Positions 8,710 to 17,405 of a stretch of 64,000 nt of DNA are shown piece by piece. Source of the stretch: Candidatus Latescibacterota bacterium. GTDB lineage: Bacteria > Latescibacterota > UBA2968 > UBA8231. The notes beneath the pieces are model-generated. The model was not told the origin of the DNA and made no database searches. It saw only the letters and a list, made by a program, of their open reading frames with translations. The stretch is taken from positions 352,001 through 416,000 of the forward strand of contig CBDCDC010000002.1 in assembly GCA_965215195.1 (NCBI GenBank), given 5' to 3'. The position numbers and the translations under genes are program-made. The number at the start of each line of letters is the position of its first letter. Position 1 is the first letter of the stretch.

Positions 8710-11688
8710 TCACCTCGGCACCGCCAACAGCATGGCGTCGAGCAGGCGTTTTTCGTTGCAGCCTTGAGGGTAGAGTGCCGATAGCGCGTTGGCAAGGCGC
8801 AGGAAGTCGGGGCCGCGATCTTGCTCGGCGTTGATCAGCGTCCGCAGTGCGTTGGCGTGGCCGCTGGACTGGAGCAGCATGGCGGTGTGGACGCGGTCGA
8901 GGGTGGTGCCGTCGGAAGTTGCGGCGAGGTGTTCGTCGGAGGTTTCGCCGTATCGCGGGCGCGGCTCCCGCACGAGAGCGGGTGCGCCGTCCTGCCAGTC
9001 GGGGAAGAGCGTCTGCTGCGCGTTGGTGCCCGGGTCGCTTTCGATGTAGGTGGCAGCGGCCGTAGCGCCCTCCTCGCCGAAGAGCTTTTTGGCCCGCTCG
9101 GCTACGGGTAGTAGGCGCACGACGCCCTTTGCTTGGCCGATGATGCGGTCGGTCCAAGTACCGAGGTCAATGCCCATGGGCTGGGCGAAGCGGCGCACCA
9201 CGTCGAAGGGGAGCGCAAATCCCGTGGCCGCGACCTTGGCGACGGCTTCTTCGTCGGCCTCGTCGTCTCGTTCCCCTGCGTTCGCAAGGGCAGGACTCTG
9301 ATTTTCTGCAACAAGGGTTGTGCTCTGGAGCGTCCACAGGAAGAGTGCGGTCAGGCGGGCGTCCTCTTCCAACGCGCCGGAAAGGCCGTTGTGCGCTCGC
9401 GCCTCGGCCGTGCCGAGTACCTGTTGCAGGGCGGCGCGGCCGACGACCTCCCAGACTTTCTCCAGATAATCGGGCAGGCCGATTATATTGCCCTCGGCGG
9501 TTTCGACAGCGCGGTAACGGCTGAAAATTTCGAGCGCCGGGCCGATGCAGGCGAAGACCAGATCGGCACCGCGGATGCCTTCGCCCTGCAAACGCTCGAT
9601 CCAGTCGGCGACGCGGACCGGCAGTTCGCGGAGGACATCGGCCCAGTCGCCGATGGGGGCGTCCTCGGGACGGGGGCGGCAGATGAGGTGGATGCTAGTG
9701 GCGAGTGCGGCGGAGTCGCGGGCGCGCAGGCGGGTCTCGCTCTCCGTGGCGATTGGCCAAGAGCCGGTGATAGTCCAGCCGCCGCGAATCATGCCGGAGA
9801 GTAGCGCCTCCCAGCCCTCTGTCGTCTTGTGAGCGAAGACGACGGAGCCGACACCTTCTTCGCTTAGAATCCGGCGTCCCTCGGCGAAGGCTTTCGCCAT
9901 TGTTTCCTCGAACCACTCTCGGTCCTTGGGTCGGCCGTCGACCTGCTTGGTCTCGTCCTGTACGGCCTCGGCTGTCTTGGGCGAGAGCGGGTTGTCTGGA
10001 TCGAACGGGTCGCGCAGCAACGGGTTATCAGGTAGCGTACGCTTGAGCCAGACTAGGAAAAAGTCGGATAGATCGGAATAGGGTATTGCGTCGTAGTAGG
10101 GTGGATCGGTGAACCAGATGCCGGCGGACTGGTCGGGAAGGGGGTGGTCGGTGGCGTTGGCGGGCTGGACTTGGCCTCCCGCCACGACTCGTACAGCGTC
10201 TATGACCTTACATGCTGCGGTGATCCCCGACAGAAAAACTCCCCGCGCATTGCTTTTTGGCGCTGATTCACAGAAATCCCACACTACAGGAATGGCTTGG
10301 CGTGCAAATAGATTCACAGGATTTTCAGCACCGCTTTCCCATCTGGCAAGTGAATTATTCCCATCCGACATTCTGCCTAAGAGCAATGCGATTAGGGTCT
10401 GTTGAATGCTTGGCGTAAGCGTTACCGTTGATCGCCCCAACCCCACCATCGCCACCTTCTGCCGCGCCGTAAACAAATCGCCCCACTGCATCATCCCGTA
10501 CCGCTGCACACGGAAGCCCAACGTTCCAATCGGTGGCAACAGCTCGTCCGGCACCGGGCAAAGCCCCTGTTTCCCGCTCCTTTCCCATTCCTCCAGAACC
10601 TGCGCCACCCGTTCCTGAGCCTTTCGCACCGCTGCGTAGTCCGCGTCGTTGGGCAGCCGATAGTGCCGCCCTGTTTCATTAGGGCGCAACGTCACCACCG
10701 CCGTCATTCGCGCCCCGCCCATCCGCCGCCCGTCCGCGTCGAAAATCACATCCGCCCCGCCCCGCTCGGCCGCAAGCTGCGCCCGCACCCGCTCCGGCGG
10801 CAGGACCGCGCCGCAGCACAAACAAGTCGCCCGCGCCCGCGCCACCGTGCCGCCGCGCACCTCTCTATCCGCCTGCGGCTCAAACACCTCAAACTCGACG
10901 CTCGGTGGCTCCCCCGCGCAGCACTCGACGCGATGCCGCAACGCCCGCTTGCGCTTGGCCTTCTTGCACAGATAAAACGACCGCATCAGCGGAATCTCCG
11001 CGCCGCAGTTGGGCGCTTCGCAACGCACTGTCCGCGCCCACAAATAGGCAATTGGCGTGGCCCCGTCCGGGTCCTTGGGATACAGAGTGGCCAACTCCTG
11101 CTCGGCCTGCCGCTTAATCTCGCCGCCGACCCGGCGCAGTTCCTCGGCCAACCCCGGCCCGTGCCGCGGAATATCCTCCAGCATCACCTTGAGAATCAGG
11201 CACGCCACCGGATTCAGATCACTGGCGAACGCCTCGCAGCCCAGCCGTAGCGCCTCCAGCGGAATCGAGCCTCCGCCCGCAAACGGATCCACCACGAGCG
11301 GCGGCTCCTCGCCATGCGCCGCCTTCACCAAAGCCCGGCTCACGTCGAGGTGGGTGCGATCCGCAGCATTTTTCCAGTTGGCGAAGTTGGCAATGAACGA
11401 CAGCAACCCCTGTCGCAGTTCCGCGTCATTCGCCGGCGGCTGACGCACCTCGCGCAGAATCTCGCGCGCTTGCTGCTTAAACTCCTCCGGGCAGTGCGGG
11501 TCGCACGGGTCCGGCAGCAGCAACGCCAGCAACACGGCCCGCGACGAGGCCAAAGGCCGCCGCGCCCACCACAGGTGCAGCGTACTCGGATGCCCGTGCC
11601 GAATCGACTTCTCCCGCGCCGCGTGCGTGGACACTTGGGCGATGGGGAAATCGACTTCGGCGAGACGCTTGCATTCGCGGGGGATCAC
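8710..11688 (-). CDS. DUF1156 adenine-specific DNA methyltransferase
   Basis: LHLWWARRPLA (DUF1156), DPFAGGGSIP SAM-binding motif, Cys-rich Zn finger, catalytic TDPPYY. True start is probably the GTG at 11688. Confidence 0.9.
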   Translation of the reverse strand: MIPRECKRLAEVDFPIAQVSTHAAREKSIRHGHPSTLHLWWARRPLASSRAVLLALLLPDPCDPHCPEEFKQQAREILREVRQPPANDAELRQGLLSFIANFANWKNAADRTHLDVSRALVKAAHGEEPPLVVDPFAGGGSIPLEALRLGCEAFASDLNPVACLILKVMLEDIPRHGPGLAEELRRVGGEIKRQAEQELATLYPKDPDGATPIAYLWARTVRCEAPNCGAEIPLMRSFYLCKKAKRKRALRHRVECCAGEPPSVEFEVFEPQADREVRGGTVARARATCLCCGAVLPPERVRAQLAAERGGADVIFDADGRRMGGARMTAVVTLRPNETGRHYRLPNDADYAAVRKAQERVAQVLEEWERSGKQGLCPVPDELLPPIGTLGFRVQRYGMMQWGDLFTARQKVAMVGLGRSTVTLTPSIQQTLIALLLGRMSDGNNSLARWESGAENPVNLFARQAIPVVWDFCESAPKSNARGVFLSGITAACKVIDAVRVVAGGQVQPANATDHPLPDQSAGIWFTDPPYYDAIPYSDLSDFFLVWLKRTLPDNPLLRDPFDPDNPLSPKTAEAVQDETKQVDGRPKDREWFEETMAKAFAEGRRILSEEGVGSVVFAHKTTEGWEALLSGMIRGGWTITGSWPIATESETRLRARDSAALATSIHLICRPRPEDAPIGDWADVLRELPVRVADWIERLQGEGIRGADLVFACIGPALEIFSRYRAVETAEGNIIGLPDYLEKVWEVVGRAALQQVLGTAEARAHNGLSGALEEDARLTALFLWTLQSTTLVAENQSPALANAGERDDEADEEAVAKVAATGFALPFDVVRRFAQPMGIDLGTWTDRIIGQAKGVVRLLPVAERAKKLFGEEGATAAATYIESDPGTNAQQTLFPDWQDGAPALVREPRPRYGETSDEHLAATSDGTTLDRVHTAMLLQSSGHANALRTLINAEQDRGPDFLRLANALSALYPQGCNEKRLLDAMLLAVPR

Positions 11689-11755
11689 AGGCACTCCTCC
11701 GTCCATTGGACGAGCGCTTTGGCGGTGTCGATCGCTTCCCGGTATTCCTGCTCGT
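11685..11755 (-). pseudogene. HEPN C-terminal stub
   Basis: EQEYREAIDTAKALVQWTEECL* matches the end of HEPN 16332..16724 (EQEYAEAVETAEAVLRWVEEHL*). Its stop overlaps the DUF1156 GTG. Confidence 0.8.
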
Positions 11756-11835
11756 ATTCCGAAGTGTGGATCTTGGAACTCCAAGGAATCCAGTACCCCA
11801 ATGCGATTGCTTTTTCTTTATCGTGTCGTGCATAT

Positions 11836-14142
11836 CTACGAGGTGCCATGGTCATGTTCTTTCAAATAGAGGATGTCGCACCGGACCTCCAACCGCTTCC
11901 GCTCGCCCGTCTCCGGCTGGAAATCGTTCGCGATTTCATGCGGGATCGGAATGAATGTGCGATCTTTCGCGAGAATAGTCGAGGTGACCCTAGGACCACC
12001 TCCGGACGCGGCACTAACAAGTCCAGGACAAAGGATGTCGTAGTAAAGGCCGAAACGCCTTGAGTGATGCTGGAATATGAATATGACCTTTCGGCCACCC
12101 CAGACCACTTCTGTTGAATGCGGCTGTAGGAAGAAGTCACCCTTCTCGCGTTGAACTAGGTCACTTAACGAGAGAAAACAAGTATATCCGTTAACCGGTT
12201 CCTCACTCGTTAGAATACGTGCATTCGTCTCCTGCTCCCGGCGGTCAATTCCGGGTCTAGCGTCAAAGAAGTCTTGAGGGTCTCCTTCAGTAGTCTCTTC
12301 TCTGATCTCATTGACAACCGAGGAAAGTGGTTCCGTGCTCGCACCGCTCACATCTACGACTGAGCGATCCCTATCGATCAGTCGTCGTGCCGCCTCGACA
12401 TTCGTTAGTCGTCCGGTACGCAGTTCCTCGAAAATCTCATCGAGATCGGCCTTGTCATCGAACTCATATTCAAACAATTCTCTGTTTGAACGAAGATGCC
12501 TTAAGAATGCCTCGGCTCCCTCCCGTGTGCTGCTAGGTACGAGCTTCGCAATTCTTGGGAAGATCGTAGATCGAACGAAGTCTTTTACGAAGGGCGCGAA
12601 CGCGTTGTAGTTATCGCGATAAAGAGCGAGCAACGGCGCGACGCTAGAAGAATCCGGGTCGAGGTAGATCCTCACTGGCACTTTCTTATCAGTTACGAGG
12701 AGGGGTAGTCCACCAGAGATTGTCCCGAAACGGATGTCGACTCCAAGGAAGTAGTCCTCTTCAAGGATTAGGGCGACCCGAGTTGCGAGAGCAGAATGAG
12801 CGAAACTCTGACTCGTTATCGGGAGCTCTTGTTTCACCCGAGGGGTAATATCAACCTCGTTGACTCCTTGCTTGATTAAGTAGCCCAACTCGCAGTCACG
12901 CCGAGGTCTCCGTCGGGAAAGCACAATAAGCGGTTCATCCTCGCTGGCGTATGTCTGGATTACTGATTCATTATGCCCACTGTAGTACCGTACACCACTG
13001 CGCTTTACTAGCGAAGCGAGTACCTCGGGTTTGCCGGAAGGTCGGGGTACTACCTCTAGCTTGCCGCAGAGTGCGAACTGTCCTGTTGCAGTGATCCATT
13101 GGAGAAAACCATCGTTGGCGAAGGATTCGTCGTGCTCGGCTGCAATTGGCGAAATCAGGTTGTCTAGTGCCCAGATAATTCGCTGCAGCAGTTGATTTGA
13201 AGAAGCGTCTAGGGCTTCACGGCCTGCTGTGGGCTTCAGGATGGAGAGATCAACCACGCCGCCCCACTGGTACCCGGACTGCATTGCGACTGTCGAAAGA
13301 CCGAATCCAGAACGAAGTGTACGAATGCCGTTGCGGCCTTGTAGTAGGACCATCGAACCGGGTTTTCCAAGCCTTGGTGCGGACTTGATGTTCTCTAGAA
13401 CAACGCGCAGTTCACCCGACGCCATGCCAATAAGTTCTATATCGCCGGAGAGAATTCCGTCAAGCGATATGTCTCGGCAGTGTTCCAACCAAGCATGTCT
13501 TTCGGAAGGAAGCACTGCTCTGTGGTTCGCGCCACTGAGCTTGTCGCCGTTGAAAAGGACGGGTACGTCGACGAACTCGACAAACTCACGGAGATACGTA
13601 CGTGCGTCCTGAACGGATACCCCGCTCATAGGGGCGAGGTGAGCTCGCACCGTGGTTCCTGGCTTGCCTTTTTGAGTAATTGGCGTGACCGAGATGCCCG
13701 CGGTTTCGGTCGACAGTTCCGACTTCCGTACCGACGACAACGTACGTTCGCCTGTGACTGCTGACTCACTCTCAACGGAAAGTTCATCAGCGACGCCGAA
13801 ATTTGCCATCGCCCCTATGCCGAACGTCCCTACCACACCAGCCGCCCGAGCAGAGTCGGTGTTCTTACCGCTTTTCCCTGCATACCAGAAGTGAGTTTCG
13901 ATCTCTTGGGCCGTCATGCCGATACCGTTGTCGGATACGATGATCTGTTCGTCATCAACGGTCACATGAATCATGGGTTCAAATTTTCCGCCAAGCGCCT
14001 GTCTCATGCGCACTGCGTCGAATGCGTTTTGCGTGTTCTCTCGAAGAAGAGCGAGTGGCGACTGGTAAATCTGATCGGCAAGCAATTCAAGTATCCGGGA
14101 GAATTCGACTTTGAACGCGATTCTCTTCTCAGTTGAGCTCAT
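11836..14142 (-). CDS. Hsp90-like (GHKL) ATPase with an unrecognised C-terminal region
   Basis: FKVEFSRILELLADQIYQSPLALLRENTQNAFDA, DNGIGMT, GTFGIG and GTTV motifs. The C-terminal ~550 aa do not resemble HtpG. Confidence 0.8.
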   Translation of the reverse strand: MSSTEKRIAFKVEFSRILELLADQIYQSPLALLRENTQNAFDAVRMRQALGGKFEPMIHVTVDDEQIIVSDNGIGMTAQEIETHFWYAGKSGKNTDSARAAGVVGTFGIGAMANFGVADELSVESESAVTGERTLSSVRKSELSTETAGISVTPITQKGKPGTTVRAHLAPMSGVSVQDARTYLREFVEFVDVPVLFNGDKLSGANHRAVLPSERHAWLEHCRDISLDGILSGDIELIGMASGELRVVLENIKSAPRLGKPGSMVLLQGRNGIRTLRSGFGLSTVAMQSGYQWGGVVDLSILKPTAGREALDASSNQLLQRIIWALDNLISPIAAEHDESFANDGFLQWITATGQFALCGKLEVVPRPSGKPEVLASLVKRSGVRYYSGHNESVIQTYASEDEPLIVLSRRRPRRDCELGYLIKQGVNEVDITPRVKQELPITSQSFAHSALATRVALILEEDYFLGVDIRFGTISGGLPLLVTDKKVPVRIYLDPDSSSVAPLLALYRDNYNAFAPFVKDFVRSTIFPRIAKLVPSSTREGAEAFLRHLRSNRELFEYEFDDKADLDEIFEELRTGRLTNVEAARRLIDRDRSVVDVSGASTEPLSSVVNEIREETTEGDPQDFFDARPGIDRREQETNARILTSEEPVNGYTCFLSLSDLVQREKGDFFLQPHSTEVVWGGRKVIFIFQHHSRRFGLYYDILCPGLVSAASGGGPRVTSTILAKDRTFIPIPHEIANDFQPETGERKRLEVRCDILYLKEHDHGTS

Positions 14143-15563
14143 GAGGTCATCCTTCTAACGGTGATGGTGGCAGCCAACTCCTCAAAGAGGGCGCGATTAA
14201 CGAATGCCGACGCGGCGTTAAGGCGTACCGCAGCTTCGTCGAATCGACCACCGTCTAGGAGCAGCGAGATGACCCTAACAACCTCGTCCACGCTTTGGGG
14301 TGGGTCGAGAAGTTCGATCAATTCCTCCTGTCGTCCCAAACCGTCCAACGCCCGGATCTTGATCTGGCGTTTTTCATGTGAGTGGGACGTGTTAATCTCA
14401 GCGAGAAGTTCCAATGCTCTCTCGTATTGTTCGGTGGCTACCGCCGTCATCGCGTTATCGAGTCGTTGAGTGGGGGTAGGTGGTTTAGGACGTGAAGGCG
14501 AAAGCGGGAGGTTTAGCTTGATGAAGGTTTTACCGCCGAAGTCGTCCCGATGGGAGCCGGTGAAGACGCCCCCTGATGACATCGCTCGTACATGAACGGT
14601 GATTGAGTTACTGTTCGGATCGATGACGACGATGTTGAATTGGCGTCGCTCTCCCGTGGGGAGTTCATGGTCGCCCACTGCAATTGAGCCGGCACCTACG
14701 ACCGCCATTGAGGTCAGGTTCGGCAGACGAAGTTCAAACGGCGCTGCACCAGGATAATGCTGATGTCCGTGTAGCCCGACGCTGAATCCGAAATCGATAA
14801 GTTTGTGGATGACACGTTGGTCCATATAATCGTTTGCTCGTGGTCCGCCGACAACGCTATGGTGCCACACGGCGACGGCAACCGGGGCATTCGAGCCCGC
14901 AAGTAGTTCCCGCGATGAGGCCAGCGATACCGAGTCGATCTCTCCCACGTGGCAAAAGCAGTCGTTCCCGTGCCAAGAGGCGAATCCGACAATAACGAGC
15001 CCGAGAGACGGATACTCGACAAAAACGAGGTCATCATCTCTATGCGACAATGGACTTGGGTCTAACCCTGCATAGAAGTCTGCTTGAAACTGTCGGAAGT
15101 GTTTGAAGCGAGATTCATACAGATTACTGTCACTGATCTCGTAGGATTTCTGCTCCTTCCAGTTCCAGCGCACGTTTGAACTGGCCTCAAAGGCCTTGCT
15201 AGCGATCCCTTCTGGACAGGTTGCGAGAGGCTCCATCGCGTTTCGGGCGCGACCCCAGTCAACATCGTGGTTTCCAGGGATGATGACGACGCGCGATCGA
15301 TCAGAATCAACAAACTCGGCTGCCAGATATCGTAAGAAATCGCAGGCTTCAGAGTATTGGGCTGCGATCTCGGAGTCGGGATCGGTAGTGCCGATACTTA
15401 CGCCCTGAACTAGGTCGCCGCTCACCACGACTAGGTCTGGACTCGGAATCCCCTCTCCGCTCCACCGCGTTGCATCGCTGGTGATTGCCGCGAGAAGCTC
15501 ATCGTTGCTTAAACGAGGCCCCGACGTTCGGTGTAGGTCAGAGATGTGAAGGAGAGTAGGCAT
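14139..15563 (-). CDS. Calcineurin-like metallophosphoesterase with a helical/TPR-like C-terminus
   Basis: HISDLH, SGDLV, PGNHD, WHH and LHGHQH motifs. ATGA overlap with the downstream Hsp90-like gene. Confidence 0.85.
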   Translation of the reverse strand: MPTLLHISDLHRTSGPRLSNDELLAAITSDATRWSGEGIPSPDLVVVSGDLVQGVSIGTTDPDSEIAAQYSEACDFLRYLAAEFVDSDRSRVVIIPGNHDVDWGRARNAMEPLATCPEGIASKAFEASSNVRWNWKEQKSYEISDSNLYESRFKHFRQFQADFYAGLDPSPLSHRDDDLVFVEYPSLGLVIVGFASWHGNDCFCHVGEIDSVSLASSRELLAGSNAPVAVAVWHHSVVGGPRANDYMDQRVIHKLIDFGFSVGLHGHQHYPGAAPFELRLPNLTSMAVVGAGSIAVGDHELPTGERRQFNIVVIDPNSNSITVHVRAMSSGGVFTGSHRDDFGGKTFIKLNLPLSPSRPKPPTPTQRLDNAMTAVATEQYERALELLAEINTSHSHEKRQIKIRALDGLGRQEELIELLDPPQSVDEVVRVISLLLDGGRFDEAAVRLNAASAFVNRALFEELAATITVRRMTS

Positions 15564-15617
15564 TAATTACTCCTCGCAGGGATTCCGCGTGTAAGCAGAT
15601 GATCAATCCGGTTTTGG

Positions 15618-15678
15618 TCTCTACGATGCGCTGGATGATGTCGTCCGACGTTTGTTGGTCCAGCATCCTCTTTTTCAC
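15618..15678 (-). pseudogene. MNT 5' stub (third copy)
   Basis: VKKRMLDQQTSDDIIQRIVE matches the starts of both intact MNTs and has the same ctaggagagaagcc RBS region as MNT copy 2. Confidence 0.8.
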
Positions 15679-15715
15679 GGCTTCTCTCCTAGTGCTTGCT
15701 CAGCGCCTCCCGCGT

Positions 15716-15804
15716 GCGGTCGATTTCTGCCGCGCTACGTACCGCGACATTTGGGCGATGGGAGAATCGACTTCGGCGAGACGCTTGCAGGCGCGGGGGA
15801 TCAC
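15716..15804 (-). pseudogene. DUF1156 5' stub
   Basis: VIPRACKRLAEVDSPIAQMSRYVARQKS vs intact VIPRECKRLAEVDFPIAQVSTHAAREKS. Confidence 0.85.
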
Positions 15805-15917
15805 AGTATGCGTTCCTCAGCCCAGCGGATGACGGCTTCGGCGGTCTCTATCGCTTCAGCGTACTCCTGTTCGGAAACCGGGCTGGCGGTGAAAGGATAG
15901 CGTTCAGGCAGTTTCAT
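15801..15917 (-). pseudogene. Internally deleted HEPN gene
   Basis: MKLPE-RYPFTASPVSEQEYAEAIETAEAVIRWAEERIL*: the start and end of HEPN joined in frame at a CGCT microhomology. Confidence 0.85.
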
Positions 15918-16230
15918 ACACCACCCGTCCTTCCCGCAAAGCGGGCTTGACGACCAGCGCGTGGCTGTTCTTGTAACGCTCTACATATTCAGGGGAGACC
16001 ACAATTGCATCCACAGCCGCCCCGGCACCGCGCATGTTCCGGTATATTCGCTTCGTGACGTCGGTCGCGTTTTCTCCTGCCTTGACGATGAGCAGATCGA
16101 CGTCGCTGTGGGGCCCCATTTCGCCGCGGGCGGCAGAGCCGAACAGGATGATCTTTTCCGGCTGAGCGACCTCTACGATACGCCGGATGATGTCGTCCAA
16201 CGTTTGTTGGTCCAGCATCGTCTTTTTCAT
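15904..16230 (-). CDS. Minimal nucleotidyltransferase (MNT) antitoxin, copy 2
   Basis: ILFGSAARGEMGPHSDVDLLIV. ATG at 16230 follows an aggagag RBS. Confidence 0.88.
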   Translation of the reverse strand: MKKTMLDQQTLDDIIRRIVEVAQPEKIILFGSAARGEMGPHSDVDLLIVKAGENATDVTKRIYRNMRGAGAAVDAIVVSPEYVERYKNSHALVVKPALREGRVVYETA

Positions 16231-16267
16231 GGCTTCTCTCCTAGGGTTGCTCCGCGTTTGTGGTATG

Positions 16268-16335
16268 CGGTCGATTTCTGCCGCCCCCGCAGTTTTATCG
16301 ACTGCGGCGAGACGCTGGCATTCGCGGGGGATCAC
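16268..16335 (-). pseudogene. DUF1156 5' stub
   Basis: VIPRECQRLAAVD directly follows the HEPN stop with a GTGA overlap, the same junction as at 11688. Confidence 0.75.
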
Positions 16336-16724
16336 AGGTGCTCCTCGACCCAGCGAAGGACGGCTTCGGCGGTCTCTACCGCTTCAGCGTACTCCTGTTC
16401 GGAAACGGGCCTGCTGGGATTGGGATAGCGCGTGGTTATCGCGTAACGCGTAAGTCTCGAAGCACGGCGAACCGCGTCCGGAATGCACTCTTCACTTCCT
16501 GCAAGGATTGCCAGTAAATGGGCTAAATCATGCACGTACGGAAACTTGATGTCATGCGAGATCATCGCGGCTTTGATGGCCTTCTCCGCGGCCTGCTGGG
16601 CCGCGAAACACAAGTCTTCGAGGTAGGCGTTGGGGACGCGATTCTTCGCGATTGCCAGACTGCTTCTGGCGCGGTTCAACCACTCCCGCGGATCGTCGGG
16701 CGGGAAGCGCTCAGTCAGTTTCAT
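16332..16724 (-). CDS. HEPN domain protein (toxin of the MNT-HEPN pair)
   Basis: LCFAAQQAAEKAIKA, YVHDLAHL and YAITTRYP motifs. Confidence 0.88.
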   Translation of the reverse strand: MKLTERFPPDDPREWLNRARSSLAIAKNRVPNAYLEDLCFAAQQAAEKAIKAAMISHDIKFPYVHDLAHLLAILAGSEECIPDAVRRASRLTRYAITTRYPNPSRPVSEQEYAEAVETAEAVLRWVEEHL

Positions 16725-17037
16725 ACACGACCCTCCCCTCGCGCAGTGCCGGCTTGATGACTAGCGCGTGGCTGTTCTTGTAACGCTCTACGTCACTGGG
16801 AGTCACCACGATCGCGTCAACCGCGGAGCCGACGCCATACAGCTTGTCATAAATCTGCCCCATGAGGTCAAGCGCGTCCGCCCCTTCCTTGACGACGAGC
16901 AGATCGACGTCGCTGTGGGGTCCCATTTCGCCGCGGGCGGCCGACCCGAACAGGATGATTTTCTCCGGTTGAGCAACCTCTACGATGCGCCCGATGATGT
17001 CGTCCAATGTTTGTTGGTCCAGCACCCTCTTTTTCAT
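16711..17037 (-). CDS. Minimal nucleotidyltransferase (MNT) antitoxin, copy 1
   Basis: ILFGSAARGEMGPHSDVDLLVV; overlaps the HEPN start. Confidence 0.88.
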   Translation of the reverse strand: MKKRVLDQQTLDDIIGRIVEVAQPEKIILFGSAARGEMGPHSDVDLLVVKEGADALDLMGQIYDKLYGVGSAVDAIVVTPSDVERYKNSHALVIKPALREGRVVYETD

Positions 17038-17118
17038 GACTTCTCTTTCCGTTCCTGCCGAGGCGGGATGGCGCTGGCACGGCTGAGCCTTCGGTCCGGC
17101 GTCACCAGTGGCCAGAGC

Positions 17119-17328
17119 TTATCCGCGCTTCAGTTCGGCCGGATGCATGCTGAGGTATTCTCGGACCTCCAACTGCATTCGGTCGATCTCGGCGAGAAAT
17201 CCCGATACCGAGCCCCGGTAATTTTCAGGATGGGTTTCCATATTGTGCAGATGGGCTATTTGACGTTGGAAATGCGCGATTCGTCCAAGGGTGACGTCGA
17301 GTTCGCGATCGTTTGCAATCATGATCAT
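17119..17328 (-). CDS. Small helical hypothetical protein (possible antitoxin-like partner)
   Basis: 69-aa ORF MIANDRELDVTLGRIAHFQRQIAHL...FLAEIDRMQLEVREYL, coupled to an upstream mini-ORF. Confidence 0.6.
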   Translation of the reverse strand: MIMIANDRELDVTLGRIAHFQRQIAHLHNMETHPENYRGSVSGFLAEIDRMQLEVREYLSMHPAELKRG

Positions 17329-17405
17329 CCCACCGTGATTTCGACGATGCCACGTTCAGTGCCATCGCGTTTGAGCTTGTCGGCTTTGAGTATTGACTTT
17401 TTCAT
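17325..17405 (-). pseudogene. 26-aa remnant ORF, probably an internally deleted gene
   Basis: MKKSILKADKLKRDGTERGIVEITVG*, joined by ATGA overlaps to both the helicase and the 69-aa gene. Confidence 0.45.

Noticed and set aside
11689-11784. N-terminal extension of the DUF1156 ORF in the ORF track
   Set aside because: It is a HEPN tail read in another frame; the repeated GTG junction marks the true start at 11688.
16231-16335. 143-aa MNT with a DUF1156-like N-terminus, as if a fusion protein
   Set aside because: The MTase stub is in frame by chance; the MNT has its own RBS and ATG at 16230.
15600-17040. Recurring repeats considered as a CRISPR array or integron attC sites
   Set aside because: The repeats are coding-gene fragments of irregular length and spacing; no cas or intI gene is present.
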